Shown here one piece after another: positions 23,201 to 28,804 of a DNA stretch of 28,804 bases. A program made the translations under genes and the position numbers. How positions within the stretch are numbered: the first letter of the stretch is position 1; each line of letters opens with the position of its first letter. Under the pieces are notes generated by a model that worked only from the letters and a program-made list of their open reading frames with translations, did no database searches and had not been told where the DNA came from. Source of the DNA: Ancylonema sp. (taxonomy: Eukaryota); NCBI GenBank assembly GCA_050230475.1, contig JBFLGF010000021.1:62001-90804 (forward strand), in the 5' to 3' direction.

Positions 23201-26200
23201 AGCAGCTGGTGGAGACAGAGCAGTTCCTGTGGTGCCCATCCCACGGGGGAGGGCGCCCCATGTGGCTGCAGATGAGTGCGAGTGCGAGCGTGAGTGGGTA
23301 CGATGGGGATGGGGAGGATATAAGGGACTGGAAAGTGGCGGTGCAGCCTCCGCTGGTGCTGCACAACTGTCTGCCAGTGGGCAGCACCTTCCAGGTCTGG
23401 GACCGCCAGACTGCGGTGGCGGGGGAGGCGTGTGCGTCAGGGCTGCTGAGGCCGGGGGAGAAGGTGGGGTTGACGTCAGTGGACCCGAGGAGGGGCGCCT
23501 ATCTGGGGTGGACAGCTGGCGAGGAGTGGCAGGGGCCAGCGGAACCAGTGATGCTGATTCACCCTTATGCAACGCCAGCTAGGAGCATACTGCTCACCAA
23601 GGGAAAGCGGTAAGAAAAAAAGGGGGAGGAGAGTAGTTGCAGGTTACGTTGGTTTGCCCCCCTTCACCCCCGTCCTCCCCCTTTGTTTCCTGTTTGGTAG
23701 GAAGGTGAAGGTGAGGTTGAGTCATGAGATGGGGTTGCGGGAGGGGGCCGTGTGTACCATCCACCTGTGGGTGCCCTGCTGGATTGACAGCCAGGGCTGC
23801 CCCCCCCTGGCGTTCCGCATCGTGGACCTGGAGCGCATGGCAAAGAAGGAGGTCGTTGAGGGCGCACGCAGGGGGGGGGAGGGTGTGACCAGTGGCGGGG
23901 CCCGTTCGAAGAGTCGCAGGCGGGTGGGGGGGAGGGCGATCGAGACCATCAAGGGGGGTGAGGAGGGGCAGGTAGTGATGGTGGGTAAGTACGATGCCGC
24001 CAGAATGGGGCTGGCAGTGGCGCTGGTTTCGGAGGCGGGGGAGGGAGAGTTTGGTCCGGCCTACGCCCTCCAGGCGCTGGCCAATGAGGAGGAGGAGACG
24101 GAGATGCAGGCGAGAGGAAGGGATGGCTCCTTCTTCCGCCTCCTGGCCACCGTAGAGCTTTGCCCCTTCGACCACGCGGCCGACACCAAGGTCAGCCACA
24201 GCCACAGCCGCAATTCTATTTGGTCCTAAACCCGATGCCGGGGTGGGGTTCAGGTGATCAAGCTGCGGCCGTACATCACGTTCACCAACCGGTTGGGGCA
24301 GAAGGTGTTCTTGCGACAAACCAACTTTCCAGGTCAGGAGAAGGAGGTTGGAGTGGGCGACTGGCGGGCGTGGGCCCTCTCCCCCTCCTCCTACCGAACC
24401 AACCTGCAGGTCAGCCAATGACAGCAGGGGCGCACCCGCCGGGCAGTAAAGCCCTCCGAACTAAAGAATCCTCTCCCATCGGGTGCGGCTGGGTGGGCAG
24501 ATGCGGTTGGAGGGGACGGAGTGGAGTCGCCCCTTTTCGGTGGTGGAGGAGGGCACCCGCCCCCTGCTGCTCCGACCGGATCTGGGGGGCCAGAAACGGA
24601 TCGTGCGATTGGTGCAGAGGGGGGGGGGGGAAGGCAGCCGCTTCAACTTGGCGCTGCGGTGGGGGGGGGGGCACATGCCGTACCGGTTCGAGAACCGTAC
24701 CCGGTGCACCACACTCCTGTACCGCCAGAAAGTGGGGGGGGCGGATGAGGGGGGCCCTTGGGACGTGCTAAGACCGAGCTCGTCTGCTGCCTTCGCGTGG
24801 GAGTTTCTGGAGGAGCAGCTGCAGTGGTTGGAGATCCAGAGTGAGGAGGGGGTGAGCACGTCTCACCTCCACAACGTGGACATCAGCGAGCCTGGGGTGA
24901 AGATCCCGCTGCCAGCAAGGGAGGGGGAAGGGTCCCGGTTCTGTGTGCGGGTAACCGTGGAGGCGGGGGTCACCCTGGCAGTCTTTGGGGACGTGGAGGA
25001 GCAGGCGCAGATGGTGCTGGAGGAGACAGAGGGGAGGGTGGGGGGGAGGGGGGAGGGGGGGGCTGGGCAGCAGGTGGGGAGGGTGGAGTACGGTCTGGAT
25101 CTGAGCAGGGTGGGGGTTTCCGTGATCGACGGAAAGCCTCAGGAGCTTCTGTACGTGTGCCTGGATGGGATGCTGCTCACGCTCGCCCAGGGACCCAAAA
25201 CCTCAAAGTGGGACATAACATGGGGTTGGGTTGGGATGGGGGGGGAGGGGGGGGCTAACCGGATTGATGGGTTCATGGGTTATTGCCAGGTTGAAAGTGT
25301 TGGTGGCGCGAGTCCAGGTGGACAACCAGCTGCTCCTCACTCCCCTGCCAGTGTTGCTGGCACCTGGGGAGAGGGAGGACGGGTCCCGAGACTACGTCTT
25401 CAAGCTCACCCTCACCTCCACGGCCCACTCCGCCAGCGGGGCACTCGAGTACCAAAAAGTCGGTGTCTGGGTGAGTGCAATGAGAAGAGGGGGGACACAG
25501 TCGAGGCAGTGGGGGCTCATTCAGGGAGGGAGGGAGGGGAGCAGGTGGCGCAATCCGCGTGGCGCGTGTGACTCCATGAGCCCATCAGCTGGCGTATAGT
25601 GGGTCTGTACAACAGCCTCCACCTGGACAGGCTGGGGGTCGCAACCCAGCCGGGGGTGGCTGCAGTAGACCCCGACGTAGTCATCCAGTGAGGAAGGCGC
25701 TGGGCATCTCCTCCCCTTGCAGGGTTCTCTGACATGGGGGTATCCGGTTGTGCTACCCCGGGTGCAGCTCCCTCAAGGTCTCTGGAGTCCTTCTGCGCAT
25801 CACTCTGGAGACTTCGCCCGGTCTGCGGCCCGAGGGGCTGCTCGGGTTCTGGGGTCCGTTCGTTACAACAGTCGGAAACACAAACCAGATGAAGGTGAAA
25901 GAAAGAAAGAAAGACGCACCCCTCCTCCCCCCTTCCGCTCCCTCCTGAGACCCCCCCTCCCTCCCTGGTTTTGCCACCAGTCCCTCGCCGGTTGGTCCCG
26001 CTGTCCATCTCCCCCGTGCTCCGCAAGCAGCAGGTGCTGGCTCAGAGTGAGGTGGGGGCTGCCATCCTGAAGCGCGTCCAGAGCGACCTGCTGCAGCAGC
26101 CCCTGCGTGTGCTTCGGGGAGTGGATGGGCTGGCAGTCATCAGCTCCGGCCTCCTCACTCTCAGCAAGGGCGCCGCCAACCTGGCCATGGACAAAACGTT

Positions 26201-28316
26201 CATCAGCCTACGGGAAAGACAGGTACCTGCCCCCCACCCCCCTCCCTCTCCTACACCCTCTGGTACACCCTCCTCCCTCCTCACTCCGCAGTGCTGGCCT
26301 GGACAGGACGTGGGCAAGAAGATCGAGGGTGTGGTGGATGGGTTGGTGAGCGGGGGGGAGGCGTTGATTCGGGGGATCGCCTTCGGGGTCTCTGACGCGG
26401 TGGTCCATCCCATCCGGGGCGTGCTTCACGGGGGCGTTGCCAAGGAGGTGGGCAAGGGGCTGCTGGGCACGGCTCTACACCCGGTCAGCGGGGTGCTCGA
26501 CTTTGTGGCGTACACGGCGGAAGGGTTGGACGCCTCCCTGCTCGGCATCCAGGCAGCACTCTCGAAGACAGAAAAACTGCACCGCATCCGACTGCCGCGA
26601 GCAATAGGGGCCGACCAAACTCTGTCGGAGTACGACGAGAGGAGGGCGGAAGGGCAGCTCATGCTGCAGCTGGCCGACACGGGACGCTTCCTCTCTCTCT
26701 TTGGGGATCGCGCCAAGTTTGCAGTCTCTGACGTGTACCACTCCCACTTCGAGCTGCCTCGTCTGCATCAGCTGGTGGTGACCAACAAGAGGGCGGTGCA
26801 CCTACAGCGCCACCCTGTCATCATCTACTCCCACTCGCGGGGGGGGGAGGCCGTGGACCCCTGCGTGGTGGAGTGGGAGGTTCCGTGGACGAACTTGTTG
26901 TTCGCTGAGGTCACGCCACCTGTCAGCTTTGTGGAGGAGGCTCAAGGTCGGTGCCACCTCATCCTGCACTTGCGCCACGTGGAGGACCGAATATTCTGGA
27001 GGGGGTGTGTGGTGGACATTGGGAGGGGGGAGGAGGTCCTGAGAGGGGTGCTGTCAGCCGTTCAGAAATATGGACCCGAGAGACGCCAGCTGACAAAGAA
27101 GGTGAGCAGCCTCGGTTTCGCACTTGGCACCCTCAGCTTTCCCCTCTATTTTTAAAAATATAATTTTTAATTTTTATATATATATATATATATATTTTAT
27201 TTTTATTTTTTTTTAATAATAATTTATCCTGTTTCTTGTTGTTTTATTTTGTTGTACATCATTTTTTATTTCATATACAGGGCCCTCTATATCCTGAAGA
27301 GAGGCGCTCCTCCGTCTGGAAGTCCTCTCGAGCCGCGAGTGAGCGCATCCGGGAGGGGTCCCTTCCCTCCCGCCACCTCTCTTTTTCCCCCAGCAGCAGT
27401 CGCAGTGGGGGGAAGGAGGAAGTGGGGGAGGAGGGGCTCCCACGGCGTTACATCGTGCAAACCTTTGAGAGGATATGGAGCAGAGAGAGGGCGATGGGGT
27501 GGTGGGAAACCACCGCACTCCGTACGGTTAGTAGCGCTACCTTCCATTCAACCGACTGACATCAGAAATGGGCGTCACCGAAACCAAGTTCTCAAGCTCT
27601 TCTCCTTTCATTCATTCTTACCCCTCTCCTCATACCGACCCCAGTGGCTCATTACGGCAAAAAGGGGGGGGGGGGTTCTGCAGAAGCATGCGGTTGTGCC
27701 GCAGCCTGTGACCATCTGGCGGCCCCTCCCCCCCCCAGGGTAAGAGGGAGGTCGGCGGAGTTATTGCATGTCCAGCCGTGCTGACACCATCCACCTGCGT
27801 GGGTGACATCATCGCAGGTATGTTCACGTGGGTGACATCATCTACCAGGGAGTGGACCAACCAGATCACGCCGCCGTGTACCGTGACGTGGCGGGAGATT
27901 TCGCAGCTCCAATCGGATACGACCTCGTGAGTGTTCCGACTCGCCCTCCCTGCCTCTGACGCCAAATGATTTGACCCTCTTCTTATGGTGTCGTGGAGCA
28001 GGTGTGGCGCAACAGTGATGAAGGGAGTGAGGAACCAGTTACCATATGGATGCCCCGCCCCCCCCCCGGGTATCGCTCTCTAGGCTGTGTGGTGGCGAGT
28101 GAGTTCCTCGAACCGGACAAAGACGCCCCCTCTGCCGCCCGCTGCGTGAGAGAGGGGATGGTGGTGGACACAGGGGTGGCTGACGAAGCTTGCTGGCAAA
28201 CCCCCCCCCTGCCCACCACGCCCTGGGGCTGCCTTCTGTATGAGGTCCAGAACGAGGCGCACACTTTCATGGCGGTGAAAGAGATTATGGGGGGGGGGGG
28301 GGGTGGGGGGTTATGA
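8694..28316 (+). CDS. VPS13: Vacuolar protein sorting-associated protein 13, plant VPS13M-type, ~44 exons, ~4,500 aa; contains apparent reading-frame lesions
   Basis: Exons: 8694-8790, 10009-10112, 10455-10607, 10768-11040, 11132-11233, 11520-11705, 11911-12344, 12505-12826, 12945-13058, 13197-13292, 13491-13682, 13868-14107, 14255-14455, 14581-14787, 14950-15048, 15131-15346, 15424-16047, 16124-16561, 16676-16789, 16859-17043, 17115-17367, 17444-18496, 18588-18779, 18867-18970, 19059-19351, 19431-19518, 19613-~20104, ~20148-20312, 20373-20878, 20964-21127, 21225-21414, 21493-23609, 23701-24190, 24254-24409, 24501-25207, 25290-25470, 25545-25687, 25768-25894, ~26001-26222, 26307-27101, 27281-27526, 27645-27739, 27818-27926, 28002-28316. 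Family motifs: KISLWQGDVELRDLQLKPEALNSLKLPIKVKAG..G.L..KVPW, IIGNLK..HVHIRYED, IDLDIDAPK, WEPLVEAW, PYRFENRT, QVDNQL, GKGLLG..PVSGVLD, RIRLPRAI. Confidence 0.96.
10358..10394. repeat. Short (ACCCCAGA)n tandem repeat in VPS13 intron 2
   Basis: ccccaggaccccagaaccccagaaccccagaaccaga. Confidence 0.8.
14581..15048 (+). other. Internal PH-like domain of VPS13
   Basis: Preceded by DKSGPLQVLTWG; then AVWQSRCGAVAGPFLYIL...AVLLRLTSGSEKAGWKSHLRATIYRAS, a PH strand pattern with the Trp-containing C-terminal helix. Confidence 0.7.
19320..20740 (+). other. Internal Vps62-like repeats of VPS13
   Basis: Repeated W.P..P.G[YF]..[LM]G motifs: TFWRPRAPPGFASLGD, SVWLPVPPEGYVAMG, SIWRPISPPGFYSIGD, GFWTAVAPLGYVAMG. 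Confidence 0.85.
21760..22110 (+). other. C2-like domain of VPS13
   Basis: YVGVRIGQA...EYWCRLRL...ARTRS...CTWDEIFAFEV...IEVEVVCST...VGVCEW. Confidence 0.7.
22636..22950 (+). other. DysF (peroxin/ferlin)-like domain of VPS13
   Basis: EEMFETQ...LPEGWVWVGEWQLDRSGNVDREGWAHG...LRRRRWVRAREF. Confidence 0.85.
23320..24990 (+). other. VAB/SHR-binding repeat region of VPS13 (approximate bounds)
   Basis: WKVAVQPPLVLHNCLP, IHLWVPCWI, TKVIKLRPYITFTNRLG, TEWSRPFSV, PYRFENRT..LLYRQK, AFAWE. Confidence 0.75.
26307..27101 (+). other. ATG2_C-like and C-terminal PH-like region of VPS13
   Basis: DGLVSGGEALIRGIAFGVSDAVVHPIRG...VGKGLLGTALHPVSGVLD...RIRLPRAI...LVVTNKRAV...VEWEVPW. Confidence 0.85.
27150..27270. 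repeat. AT-rich low-complexity tract with (TA)n in a VPS13 intron
   Basis: (ta)n and (tttta)n runs within intron 27102..27280. Confidence 0.85.
27460..28275 (+). other. C-terminal Vps62-like repeats of VPS13
   Basis: FERIWS, TIWRPLPPPGYVHVGD, GYDLVWRN, TIWMPRPPPGYRSLGCV, QNEAHTFMA. Confidence 0.85.
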
Positions 28317-28804
28317 GGGGGGGGTTGAAGGCAGGGGAGGTGGTGTTGCCAGAGGAAGGATTTGAAGGATCAGGATGAGATTGTGACCTCTCGGTGGGGG
28401 GGAAAGACTGAAAGGATGTGCATGCGATTTGTGAGGGGTGTTACTGATGTATAAAAAACGTGTACATAGTGTGGGTGCTAATGTCGACTTTGCATACAGG
28501 AACTTGCATTATTTACAACAAGCGTATAGCATAGCTGAGGCGACAGCCCGCTAGCATATTGTATAGGCACCTCCTTAATGGAGTGAGTTTTTTGGCATGA
28601 TGAATTATATATTAGCGGTTGTAAGTAATAGTGGATATGTATCTGCATGCAGCGAGGTATGTCACAATTAAGAATTTATGTGGGATCATGAACTTAAATA
28701 TGCCCCAAAAGATTACAAGGCTTTGCATATGTACGTGGAAGAGACGGTGCCAACACTTGTGCACTTGCTTACAAGTTTGTTCGTGCCTTCAGCAATGGGT
28801 GGTG

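Noticed and set aside
25569..25571. Genome-wide reassignment of TGA
   Set aside because: Only one in-frame TGA appears in ~4,500 codons, Trp is TGG elsewhere, and the gene appears to end in TGA.
21205..27155. 802-, 362- and 394-aa ORFs as separate genes
   Set aside because: They splice in phase into VPS13 and follow its domain order.

Overview
Eukaryotic, intron-rich nuclear DNA of a green plant. The genes are plant-type, and the short G-rich or C-rich introns suggest a streptophyte alga (inference). I reconstructed three genes by hand. (1) ISPD/MCT of the plastid MEP pathway on the minus strand (<1..~3176); it has one GC-AG intron and an 18-bp minisatellite in its last visible intron. (2) A Ser/Pro/Gly-rich hypothetical protein with hydrophobic segments on the minus strand (~4417..6827), structure uncertain. 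(3) A ~44-exon, ~4,500-aa plant VPS13M-type lipid-transfer gene on the plus strand (8694..28316) with Chorein_N, PH, Vps62-like, C2, DysF, VAB, ATG2_C and PH regions. The VPS13 model is phase-consistent except at four places: an in-frame TGA inside a conserved motif (25569), a +1 frameshift in a G14 run (20666-20679), an apparently missing AG acceptor (~25995-26001) and an ambiguous junction near 20105-20155. Two VPS13 introns carry copies of the adjacent exon. I found no prokaryotic features, CRISPR array or autonomous transposon. Most ORFs in the six-frame track are exon fragments or antisense shadows.
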